Part shown: in pieces, positions 38,900 to 49,200 of the stretch | Position numbering within the stretch: position 1 is the stretch's first letter | How the letters are laid out: each line of letters begins with the position of its first letter | Source of the DNA: Deltaproteobacteria bacterium | Lineage (GTDB): Bacteria > Myxococcota > Kuafuiibacteriia > Kuafuiibacteriales > Kuafuiibacteriaceae | Assembly: GCA_040218735.1 (NCBI GenBank) | Contig: JAVJQW010000040.1 | Coordinates: 16,837 to 80,836 of the forward strand | Direction of reading: 5' to 3' | Length of the DNA stretch: 64,000 bases | Notes under the pieces: generated by a model | Seen by the model: only the letters and a program-made list of their open reading frames with translations | Database searches by the model: none | What the model was told of the DNA's origin: nothing | Translations under genes and position numbers: made by a program

Positions 38900-39550
38900 T
38901 CACTTCCGCTTCGTCGCCTTCTTCTTCGTGACCTTCTTCTTCGCGGTCCTCTTCTTCGTCGGCGGGTGGAACGACTCGCCGCACGCGAGCATCTGCACGA
39001 ACTTCGCGATCTTCTTCTCCCGGGCCTCGGGTTTGATCGCATCGTGGATCCGGTAGAGGAACGCGAAGCGGTTGTTGCGGTCGATCGCTTCGAACGCCGC
39101 CTTCGCCTTCTTGTTGGCGTCGAGCGCCGCGGCGAAGTCATCGGGGACCTGGATCGTGGAGTGGGAGTCGTACGCGCGCTCCCAGCGCCCATCCGCCTTC
39201 GCCGCTTCGACCTGGGCGAGCCCCGCCTTGCGCATCTTCTTCTTCGCGATCAGCTCCTCGGCGATCCCGCGGTTGATCTTGGACCACTTGCTCCGCTTGC
39301 GGCGCGGGGTGACGCGGATGATGAAGTAGTCGTCGTCCCAGGTCTTTCGCTGCCCGTCGATCCACCCGTACATCAGCGCGCCCTCGCGCGTTTGTTCGTA
39401 GGTGATGGTGCGAACGTCCCGCCCCTTCTTGCCCAGTTTGACCCACAGCCCCGCGTCGCGTGTGTGCTCTACGCGCAGCCAGGCCACCCACGCGGCCATG
39501 GTCGCGAAGGCGATGACCTCCAGGTCTTTGTGCGTTTCGGTCTCGGGCAT
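38900..39550 (-). CDS. YdeI/OmpD-associated family protein
   Basis: YGWIDG, TPRRKRSKWSKIN, VPDDFAAAL; GAGGAG RBS before ATG 39550. Confidence 0.92.
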   Translation of the reverse strand: MPETETHKDLEVIAFATMAAWVAWLRVEHTRDAGLWVKLGKKGRDVRTITYEQTREGALMYGWIDGQRKTWDDDYFIIRVTPRRKRSKWSKINRGIAEELIAKKKMRKAGLAQVEAAKADGRWERAYDSHSTIQVPDDFAAALDANKKAKAAFEAIDRNNRFAFLYRIHDAIKPEAREKKIAKFVQMLACGESFHPPTKKRTAKKKVTKKKATKRK

Positions 39551-39644
39551 CGTTCGGGGCTCCTCGGATCGGTGTCGTCGAGATCCACCGGCACATCGCC
39601 GGTTGTTCCGTACGCCGGGCGCGACCGTCACGGTCCGGCGGCGC

Positions 39645-39660
39645 TGGCACGGCGTTTGTA
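39645..39660 (+). promoter_or_regulatory. Putative sigma54 (-24/-12) promoter
   Basis: TGGCAC-GGCGT-TTGTA, about 14 nt before ATG 39673. Confidence 0.55.
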
Positions 39661-39672
39661 GTCGATGTCGGT

Positions 39673-40767
39673 ATGCGTGTCGTTTCTCATCTGTTCAACC
39701 GTGACAGCAACAGTGACGTCTTCCGCTTCGGCAACCGGTCGTCGCTGACCCAGGAGCCCGGCGGGCGGTTCACCTTCCGGGCGGGGCCGGGTGACAACCG
39801 CATCGACGTCCGCAAGGTGTCCGGTCGCGAAGACGACTTCTACGAGGTGCGCGTCGACGACGAACGGTTCCGCCTCACGCAGGACCAGATGCGGCGTCTG
39901 ACGATCAAGGGCGGCGGCGGCGACGACACGATCCGCATCGACCCGAGCGTCGACGTCCCGATCCGCGTCGAGGGCAACACCGGCGGCGACACCATCATCA
40001 ACGGCTCGAACGGCGCCCACCTGGCCGGCGGCGACGGCAACGACTTCATCAGCAGCCACGGACACTTCGTCCGAATCCACGGCGGCGCGAAGGGTGATCT
40101 GATCGACGCTCACGGCAACGGCGTCGAGGTCCGCGGCGGGAACGGTAACGACACCATCAACCTCACCGGACGCGGGAACGTCGCGTACGGTGGCCTCGGC
40201 GCGGACGGCATCTCCGCCCAGGGCGACGGCCACGCGCTCTACGGCGGCGGCGGCGCCGACGATCTCGAGCTGCACGGCAACGGCGGGATGATGCGCGGCA
40301 ATCGCGGCCGCGATCGGCTGCGCGCCGTCGGCGACGCCAACGACCTCGGCGGCGGGCTCGGCCGCGACGTCCTCCGCGGCTACGGCGACGCGAACATCCT
40401 GCGGGGCGGCGCGGGAATGGACGACCTCGAGGTCCAGGGCTTCGGCAACCGGCTGCGCGGCAATACCGGGCCGGATCGCCTCCGCGCCGCGGGCGCGTCG
40501 AACCGGTTGGAGGGGGGCTGGGGCTACGACCTCGTCGAGGCGGTGGGCGCGTTCAACTTCGCCAACGGCGGGCCCGGTCCGGACGTGGTGAATGCCTTCG
40601 GGCCGGGCAGCTTCGCGACGGGCGGGCTCGGCTGGGACAACGTGAACGGGCAGGGGGCGTGGGGTGAGTTCTTCGAGGCGCCGTACCGTCACCCGGGGCG
40701 TCTGCTCGGGCAGATGATCTCGGCGGCCGACACGTTCCTGATGCGCGTCGCCGGCTGGGGCCTCTAG
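39673..40767 (+). CDS. RTX/hemolysin-type calcium-binding repeat protein
   Basis: More than 10 GGxGxD nonapeptide repeats, mostly in an 18-aa period; no signal peptide. Confidence 0.88.
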   Translation: MRVVSHLFNRDSNSDVFRFGNRSSLTQEPGGRFTFRAGPGDNRIDVRKVSGREDDFYEVRVDDERFRLTQDQMRRLTIKGGGGDDTIRIDPSVDVPIRVEGNTGGDTIINGSNGAHLAGGDGNDFISSHGHFVRIHGGAKGDLIDAHGNGVEVRGGNGNDTINLTGRGNVAYGGLGADGISAQGDGHALYGGGGADDLELHGNGGMMRGNRGRDRLRAVGDANDLGGGLGRDVLRGYGDANILRGGAGMDDLEVQGFGNRLRGNTGPDRLRAAGASNRLEGGWGYDLVEAVGAFNFANGGPGPDVVNAFGPGSFATGGLGWDNVNGQGAWGEFFEAPYRHPGRLLGQMISAADTFLMRVAGWGL

Positions 40768-40771
40768 CCGA

Positions 40772-41359
40772 TCAGTACACGTCCCAGACGAAGCGCGCGC
40801 CGACCAGGTACTGGTGGTCGTAGCGGCGGCGGTTGCCGACGAAGAAGTCCGCGCGCAAGAAGGCTTGCAGCTCGTTCTCGCGGCCCTGCCCGTCCAAGCG
40901 CACGTGCGCGATGACCTCTGGGCCGATCGCGAAGCCGAGCTCGTCGCCGTCGTAGGCGCCGGTCACACGCATGCCGCCGGAGACGAGTGACCACCCCGCG
41001 CCGATGTGCGCGGCGGCGAACGCGGCTTCGCGTCGAAACATCCAGCCGCCCTCCGCGCCGAGCACGAGCACGAGATCACTCGTCGCGATCGAAGGGAGAT
41101 CCGCGACGCGGTACCCGCTCGGCAGCGCCGGTCGACGTGCGCCCAGCGCGGTGGCGTAGAAGCCGACCGCGAGCCCGCCCTCCAGCGCGCCGTCCGACAG
41201 GCCGACGGTCGCCGCGCCGGTCGGTCCGGCCGTCACCACGTCGGCGATCGCGTGGTTGGCCGTGCGCGCCGCGTCGCTCCCGTACCGCTGCGCGATGTTG
41301 TCGGTGATGGCGCTACAGCCCGTCAGGCCCACCACCAGCGCCGCCCAGAACACCCGCAT
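40772..41359 (-). CDS. Hypothetical lipoprotein, possibly outer-membrane beta-strand protein
   Basis: Lipobox VGLTGC; amphipathic strands ending in an aromatic residue. Confidence 0.7.
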   Translation of the reverse strand: MRVFWAALVVGLTGCSAITDNIAQRYGSDAARTANHAIADVVTAGPTGAATVGLSDGALEGGLAVGFYATALGARRPALPSGYRVADLPSIATSDLVLVLGAEGGWMFRREAAFAAAHIGAGWSLVSGGMRVTGAYDGDELGFAIGPEVIAHVRLDGQGRENELQAFLRADFFVGNRRRYDHQYLVGARFVWDVY

Positions 41360-41468
41360 CGCGAGCGCCTCTGTACTCCACCGGGCCGCGTCGGAAAACT
41401 CGCCTGGGGGTTCTTGACGACCGGTTGGTATGCCGACAGATTGCGCGCCCCATAGGAGGGAAACCGCA

Positions 41469-42218
41469 ATGACCGATACCCACTACACCCCCGGGCGCTT
41501 CGTCTGGCACGAGGTCGCCACCCCCGACATCGAAGGCACCAAGAAGTTCTACGGCGCGCTCTTCGGCTGGAGCTTCAACGAGGTCCCGATGCCCGACGGG
41601 GCGTACACGATGATCATGAACGGCGAAGCCCCGGTCGGTGGGGTCTTCGACATCAAGAAGCTCCCCAACGACAAGGTCCCGCCCCACTGGATGGGCTACG
41701 TCTCGGTGCCGAACGTCGACGAGGCGGTCGCCGCGGCGAAGTCGGTCGGCGGCACGATCGGCCTCGAGCCGATGGACATCCCGAACGTGGGCCGGATGGC
41801 GGTCATCGGCGACGGCCAGCACGCGTACACGACGGCCTTCAAGTCCGCGCAGGGGGATCCGCCCGTCGTCGAGCAGCCCGGCGCCGGCACGTTCTGCTGG
41901 GAGACCCTCAACACCGCGGACATCGACGCCGCGAAGGCGTTCTACCCGAAGGTGTACGGCTGGCAGGTCGGTGACTTCCACGGGATGACCACTTTCCAGG
42001 TCGGCGACAAGGGCATCGCCGACGCGCAGAAGACCCAGGGCGAGATGCCCTCGCACTGGCTGTCGTTCGTCGTGGTGCCGGACCTCGCTGCCGCGCGGAA
42101 CACCGTCGGCGAGCAGGGTGGCAAGGTGATCGTCGAGGAGATCCCGATCCCCGACGTCGGCAAGATCGCGATCGTCTCCGACAACGTCGGCGCCTTCGTC
42201 GGCCTCTTCGAGCGCTGA
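41469..42218 (+). CDS. VOC family protein (two glyoxalase/bleomycin-resistance domains)
   Basis: PGRFVWHEVATPD, FYGALFGW, HWMGYVSV repeated twice; AGGAGG RBS. Confidence 0.93.
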   Translation: MTDTHYTPGRFVWHEVATPDIEGTKKFYGALFGWSFNEVPMPDGAYTMIMNGEAPVGGVFDIKKLPNDKVPPHWMGYVSVPNVDEAVAAAKSVGGTIGLEPMDIPNVGRMAVIGDGQHAYTTAFKSAQGDPPVVEQPGAGTFCWETLNTADIDAAKAFYPKVYGWQVGDFHGMTTFQVGDKGIADAQKTQGEMPSHWLSFVVVPDLAAARNTVGEQGGKVIVEEIPIPDVGKIAIVSDNVGAFVGLFER

Positions 42219-42226
42219 GCCCGACC

Positions 42227-43144
42227 TCACTTCGCGAGGGCCAGCGTTCGCTCCAGTAGACGGCGCGCGCGCTGGTCCTCCGGCCGAAGCACGGCCGCCC
42301 GCTCGAAGTGATTCACGGCGCGTTCGAACGCGCCGCGCCGCAGGAGCAACACGCCCAAGTTCAGGTGGGCCGTGGACGCCTCCGGCGCGTACGCGAGCGC
42401 GCGCTCGTAGTGCAAGAGCGCCGCCTCTTCGTTCCCGACGCGCGCCATCGCGACGCCGAGGTTGTTCCACCCGCGATAGAAGCCGTCCTCGAGGCGCACC
42501 GCGCGTGTGAAGTCAGCGGCGGCGGCGGTCCAGGGGAGGGCGCGCTTCGCCGCGTCCGCTTGTGCGAGGCGCATGAAGCCGCGGTTGTTGTAGTAGTGCG
42601 CGATCGCCTGGCGGTCGCTGATGGTGTTCCAGCGGCGGCGGATGCCGGTGCCGTACTCCATCGCGACGAAGCCGTCCGGGTGTTGGACGACCGCGGTGAT
42701 GTGGCTGCTGCGCACGATCATCGACCAGCGTTCGTAGCGGACGTTCTCGTGGTCGTACTCCGCGAACTCGGCGCGCAACCCGAGCGCGCGCGCGAGGCCG
42801 ACGACGATGGCGGCGTACGAGAAGCAGTTGCCGCGTCGGCGTTCGAGGGCCTCGTTCGCGGTGAGGCTCGCGTGTGCGTCGTACTGCACGTCGAAGCCGT
42901 CCGGATCGTTGAGCAGATCGATCAGCGCCTGCGCACGGTTGGCGTCGCCCTGCACGAGCACGAGCTCTTCGCGGGCGCGCTTCACCCAAGCGGGATCCAC
43001 CTCGAAGGGGATCACCAGCTCGTCGGGGGCGAGCACCGTCGACAGCTCGCGCTTCAGCTCCACGTTCGGCGGCGCGGGCGTCGAGGCACACGCCGCGGAC
43101 AGCACCAGGACAGCCGCGCAGCACCACCTCATGCCGTCCAGCAT
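42227..43144 (-). CDS. Transglutaminase-like + TPR lipoprotein
   Basis: Lipobox; GNCFSYA (Cys), SHI (His); AHYYNNRG and WNNLGV TPR motifs. Confidence 0.85.
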   Translation of the reverse strand: MLDGMRWCCAAVLVLSAACASTPAPPNVELKRELSTVLAPDELVIPFEVDPAWVKRAREELVLVQGDANRAQALIDLLNDPDGFDVQYDAHASLTANEALERRRGNCFSYAAIVVGLARALGLRAEFAEYDHENVRYERWSMIVRSSHITAVVQHPDGFVAMEYGTGIRRRWNTISDRQAIAHYYNNRGFMRLAQADAAKRALPWTAAAADFTRAVRLEDGFYRGWNNLGVAMARVGNEEAALLHYERALAYAPEASTAHLNLGVLLLRRGAFERAVNHFERAAVLRPEDQRARRLLERTLALAK

Positions 43145-43203
43145 ACCAGATGGTATCGGGGTAGATCGCGCCCCCGAGGACGTACAAGCTCTCGGACTCC
43201 CCC

Positions 43204-46200
43204 ATGCACATTCGACTCACACCCCTGCTGATCGCGCTCGCCTGTCCCGTCACCGCCTGGGCCCAGACGGTCGTCCCGCCTGGAAACCTCGTGGGTTCGC
43301 AGACCTGGACCCCCGGCGCTTCGCCGTACGTGCTCGCCGGTGACCTCACGGTCCCGGCCGGCATCACGCTCACGATCCAGGCCGGCACCACCGTCACCCT
43401 CGGCCCGGGCGACACCCTCGGGTCGGGCTTGGACAGCGCGCGCACCGAGCTGTCGGTGCTCGGGACGATCGTCGTGAACGGGACGCCCGCGAGCCCGGTG
43501 ACGTTCGACTCCGGCGCGGTCGGCCCCGCGACGTCCGACTTCTACGGCATCGTGCTGCAGGCCGGGAGCACGGCGACGCTATCGAATGCGGTCGTCGAGC
43601 ACGGTCACCGCTGCATCGAGGACCACTCGACCGGAGCGACCATCACCAACGTCGACGCGATCGATTGCAGCTACGGCTACTACGTCGTCGGCGGCTCACC
43701 GACGATCACCGGCGGCGCGATCGAGGACGGGAGCAGCTACGGCATCTACGCGACGACGAGCGCCAACGTCACCGCGTCCGGGCTGCGTGTGCGGAACAAC
43801 TCCAGCTACGGCGTCTACGCGCTGAACGCTTCGTTCGCGCTCACCGGTTCGCTGATCGAAGGCAACGGCAGCCACGGCGTCTACTACCGCAGCTCGAGCG
43901 GCTCACACACGACGTCGCTCCAACACAACACGATCTACGACAACGGCACGTACGGCGTGTACCTCTACGAACAGTCCGGCACGTTGACGGTGACGATGCG
44001 CGACAACGTCGTGCTCGACAACAGCTCGACGGGCGTCGTGCGCTCGGGCTCGCCGATCTCCACCATCTCGCACAACCTCGTCTACGGACACTCCACGAAC
44101 TACTCCGGCGCCTCCCCGGGGACGGGCGGTGTCACCGAGAACCCGCTCCTCGTGAACGCGGCGAGCGGTGACTTCCGGCCGACTTCACGCTCGGGCGCGC
44201 GCATGGCGGCGTCGGACGGGATGGACATCGGCGCGTTCGCGTACGACGGCGCGGTGACGCCGGCGCTGGTCGGCCACCTGTTCGTCAACACGACGCTCAC
44301 CGCCGCGGCGTCGCCGCACATGGTGACGGGCGATCTCACGATCGAGCCGAACGTCACGCTCACGATCGAGCCGGGCGCCGTCGTCCGGTTTGCCTCGGGC
44401 ACGGATCAGATGGGCGCCAACGCGGACACGAGCCGGACCGAGCTTCGCGTCGCGGGTACCCTCGTCGCGGACGGGACCACCACGCTCCCGATCGTGATGG
44501 AGAGCGCCGCCGCGTCTCCGTCGCGCGGCGATTGGTATGGCGTGCACTTCTTGGCCGGCGCGTCGTCGTCGATCATCGACTTCGCGTCGATTCGCTTCGC
44601 GCGGTACGGCGTGCACAGCAACGCACCCGCGGGGACGACCGTGCAGCGTACGACGATCGAGGAGTCCTCCTCGTACGGCGTGTACGTCACGACCGGCGCG
44701 CTCGATCTCGACCAAGCGATCGTCCGCGACAACTCGAGCTACGGCGTCTACTACCTGAACGGGAGCGGCTCGATCACCGGCTCGCAAATCTACGACAACG
44801 GGAGCCACGGCGTGTACGCGCGCAGCTCGAGCGGGAGCCACAACGTCTCGATCCTCGGGAACACGATCGCCGAGAACGGCACCTACGGCGCGTATCTGTA
44901 CGAGCAGTCGGGCACCCTCACCACGACGTTCCGCGACAACCTCGTCCTATCGAACAGCTCGACGGGCGTGGTGCGTTCGGGCTCGCCGATCTCCACGATC
45001 ACCTACAACCTCGTGTGGGGGCACTCGACGGACTACTCGGGTGCGTCCCCGGGGACGGGCGGCGTGACCGAGAACCCGCTGGTCGTGGACCGGGTCGGCC
45101 GTGACTTCCGCGTGACCTCGAACTCCCCCGCGCGCAACCACGCGTCGGACGGCACGGACATCGGCGCCATCGCGTTCGACGGGACGCCGACGGTCGGCGT
45201 GCACGGGCACCTGTACACGAACACGACGTGGAGCTCGGTCGGCGGCCCAATCGATGTTCTCGGCGACATCACGATCGAGCCGGGCGTCACGCTCACCATC
45301 GCGGCGGGCACCGAGCTGCGCTTCGCGGCCGGCGCGGACAGCATGGGCGGAAACGCCGCGACGGATCGCACCGAGCTGATCGTGTTGGGGCGCCTCGTAG
45401 CGGACGGCACGACGCCTTCGCCGGTGGTCTTCCGCAGCGCGTCGACCACGCCCAGCCGGGGTGACTGGTACGGCGTGCGGCTCACGAGCTCTGCGGCGAA
45501 CTCGTCGATCGACAACGCCGAGATCAGCCACGCGCGTTACGGCGTCCATTCGCAGGCGCCGAACACCACCTCCGTCACGCAGTCGCGCGTGCACGAGTCG
45601 TCGTCGTACGGGATGTACATCGACGGCGGCGCGCTCGTCGTCGACGGCACGCGGGTCTACGACAACGGGAGCTACGGCGTGTACGCGCTCAACGCATCGG
45701 CGACGCTGACGAACCTCGTCGTGCACGAGAACGGCTCGCACGGGATCTACGCGCGCAGCTCGAGCGGCAGTCACAACGTCGTGCTCAACAACCTCACGGT
45801 CTGGAACAACGGGACGTACGGCGTCTATCTGTACGAGCAGTCCGGCACGTTGACGGTGTCGCTGCGGAACTCGATCGTCGCGGAGAACAGCTCGACCGGC
45901 GTCGTCCGATCCGGCTCCCCGATCTCCACGATCAACTACAACAACGTGTGGGGCCACACGACGGACTACTCGGGCGCGAGCGGCGGCACCGGCGCGATCA
46001 GCGCCAACCCGCAGTTCGTGAACACGATGCTCGACAACTTCTACTTGCTCCCGAGCTCCACGAGCATCGACGCCGCGGACCCGACGACCGCTGCCGCCTC
46101 GGACTTCGACGGCACGGCGCGCCCGCTCGACGGCAACGGCAACACGATGGCGGTGCCGGACCTCGGCGCGTTCGAGTACAACCCGTCCGCGAACCGCTGG

Positions 46201-49200
46201 CCGATCGCCGACGCCGGCTCCGACCGCGTCGTGACGAGCGGGCTCCCCGTCGCGTTCGACGGCACCGGGTCCTTCGATCCCGACGGCACGGTGATGAACT
46301 ACGTCTGGGACTTCGGCGATGGCTCCATGGCCTCCGGCGCGACGGTGATGCACACCTTCGCGGGCGGCACGGACCGCACCGTCACGCTGACGGTCACGGA
46401 CAACGCGGGCGCGATCGACGTCGACGCGATCGCGGTGGAGGTGAACCTCCCGCCGAACGCCGACGCCGGCCCGCAGCGCTTCGCGGACCCCGCGGAGATC
46501 GTCACGTTCAACGGCAACGGCTCCACGGACAGCGACGGGACGATCGTCGCGTACCTGTGGGACTTCGGCGACGGGGCCACCGCGAGCGGCCAGTCGGTCA
46601 CGCACCAGTACGCGACCGGCGGGCAGTACACGGTGACGCTCACCGTGACGGACGACGACGGCGCGACGGGCGTCGCGACGACGACCGCGAACATCACCGG
46701 AAACGACGGCGCGCCGCCGAGCATCGTGCACACGCCGATCACCGCAGCGCAGCCGGCGGGCACGGCGGTCACGATCTCCGCGGAGGTCACGGACTCGTCG
46801 GGTGTGGCGAGCGTCGCGCTCTACTTCCGGACGCAGGGGGCGCCCGCGTTCTCCGCGGCGCCGATGGGGAACACCGCGGGTGCGACGTACCAGGTCGACA
46901 TCCCCGCGGGCAGCGTCGCGGCGCCGGGTGTGGAGTATTACATTCAAGCGACCGACTCCGCGGCGTCGAGCAACACCGGCACGAACCCGCCGGGTGCGCC
47001 GGGCTCCGTGCACACGTTCACGGTGGCGGCGCCGGCCGGGCCGTCGATTACCCACGTGCCGGTGGGCGACGGGCAGGCGGCCGGGCAGTCCGTCGGCATC
47101 GCGGCGACGGTGACCTCCGGGACGCCGCTCGCCTCCGTCACGCTCTACTACCGAACGCAGGGGGGCTCGGCGTTCACGTCGGCGCCGATGACGAACACCG
47201 CGGGCGACGATTGGGCCGGGCAGATCCCCGGCGCCGCGGTCGTCACGCCCGCCGTCGAGTACTACCTGGAGGCGGTCGACACCGCGAACCCGGCGAACAC
47301 CGCGACGCATCCGGTATCGATGGGCGCGGTGAACGCGTTCACGGTGACGGCGAGCGATACTTCACCGCCCACGATCGTGCACACGCCGGTCGGTGACGGG
47401 CAGGCCGAGGCCACCGACATCACGGTGATGGCGACCGTGACGGACGGGACGGGCGTCGCGTCGGTCGAGCTGTTCTACCGCGTGTCGGGCGGCGGCGGCT
47501 TCGCGACCGCGGCGATGACGAACACCTCGGGCGACACCTGGACGGGCACGATCCCGGCGGCGTCGGTGACGCAGCTCGGCGTCGACTACTACATCGCGGC
47601 GGCGGACTCCGCGACGCCGTCCAACGCGGCGACCGACCCGACGGGTGCGCCGGGCGCGTTCCACGGCTTCACGGTGATGCGGCAGTTCACCGTCAGCGAG
47701 GGCGACCTCGTGGTCACCGAGGTGATGAACGACCCGACGGGCTCCGAGACGGACCGCGAGTGGTTCGAGCTGTACAACACGACGAGCGCGCCGATCGACA
47801 TCGACGGGTTCACGTTCGCGGACCTCGGTACCGACAGCTTCACGGTCAACGGCGGCGGCCCCGTCGTGGTGCCGGCGGGCGGCTACCTCGTGCTGGGGCG
47901 CAACGACGACACCGCGGCGAACGGCGGCGTGACGGTCGGGTACGTGTACTCGGGCATGGCGCTGTCGAACAACGACGACGAGATCATCATCAGCGCCGGA
48001 CCGACCGAGGTGGATCGCGTCGTCTACGATGCGGGCGCGACGTTTCCGAACACGCCGGGCGCGACGATCTCGCTGGACCCCGATCAGCTCGACTACACAT
48101 CGAACGACGACGGCGCGAGCTGGTGCGTCGCGACCTCGATGCTCGCGAGTGGTGACTTCGGGACGCCGGGCGCTCGCAACGATCCTTGCGTGCCCATCGA
48201 CGACACGGATCCGCCGATCGTCACCCACGTCCCGGTCACGGACGGGCAGCCGAACGGCGTCGCGATCCCGGTGGTGGTGGTTGCAACGGACGCGAGCGGC
48301 GTCGCGGTGGTCGAGGTCTATCACCGCGTGCGGGGCGGCGGCGCGTTCGAGGTGGCGACGCTGACGGACGTCGGCGGCGGGACCTACCTGGGCGAGATCC
48401 CGGCGACGTCGGTGACGCTCGCGGGCGTCGACTACTACATCCGCGCGGTGGACGACTCCGCGGTGTCGAACGAACGCTTCGCACCGACGGAGGCCGACGC
48501 GATGCCGTTCACGTTCGACGTCACGGCGATGGACGGCGCGGGCCCGTCGATCACTCACGTCCCGATCGCTGACGGTCGCCCGAGCGGCGTCGCGGTCGAC
48601 GTCTTCGCGCGGGTCCTCGATCCGTCGGGCATCGGCGCGGCGTCGGTCAGCTACCGCACCGGCGGCGGCGCGTGGATGACCGCGACGATGACCGACACCG
48701 GCGGCGGGCTCTACAGCGGGCAGATCCCGGCGGACGCGGTGACGACCGACGGCGTCGAATATTTCCTCGCGGCGGAGGACACCAGCGCAAACGCGGCGGA
48801 GTATCCGGTCGGCGGCGCGGCTTCACCGCTCGCGTTCACGGTGACGCTCGTCGACGTCGACGGCCCGGTGATCGCCCACACCCCGGTCGCGAATGGCCAG
48901 CCGGCGGGTGCCGCGGTGCCGATCGTCGCGACGGTCACGGACGAGTCGACCGTCGCCGAGGTGCGGGTGTATTTCCGCGCGACGGGGACGGCGTCGTTTG
49001 TCTCGGCGGCGATGACCGCGAACGGGGACATGTTCACCGGCGAGATCCCCGCCGCGCTCGTGACGGGCGGCGGTGTCGACTATTACCTGGAGGCGACCGA
49101 CGCGTCCGACGACCAGAACCTCTCGCGAGATCCCGAGGCGGCGCCGATGGCGGTGCACAGCTTCACGATCGCCGAGGACGGCGCGGACACGGAGGCGCCT

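Noticed and set aside
38900-38960. Lys-rich repeated tail (KKRTAKKKVTKKKATKRK) as a DNA repeat
   Set aside because: An ordinary low-complexity basic C-terminal tail of the YdeI-family protein.
38134-39192. Long N-terminal extensions of track ORFs (37096-39192, and likewise 18283-21189, 50788-53694, 49640-51655, 60107-62995)
   Set aside because: The extensions overlap other well-supported genes and translate as low-information sequence; starts were trimmed.
43864-46010. Repeats as a CRISPR array or mobile repeat
   Set aside because: They are in-frame protein-domain duplications with synonymous divergence. No repeat-spacer array or cas genes were seen anywhere in the window.
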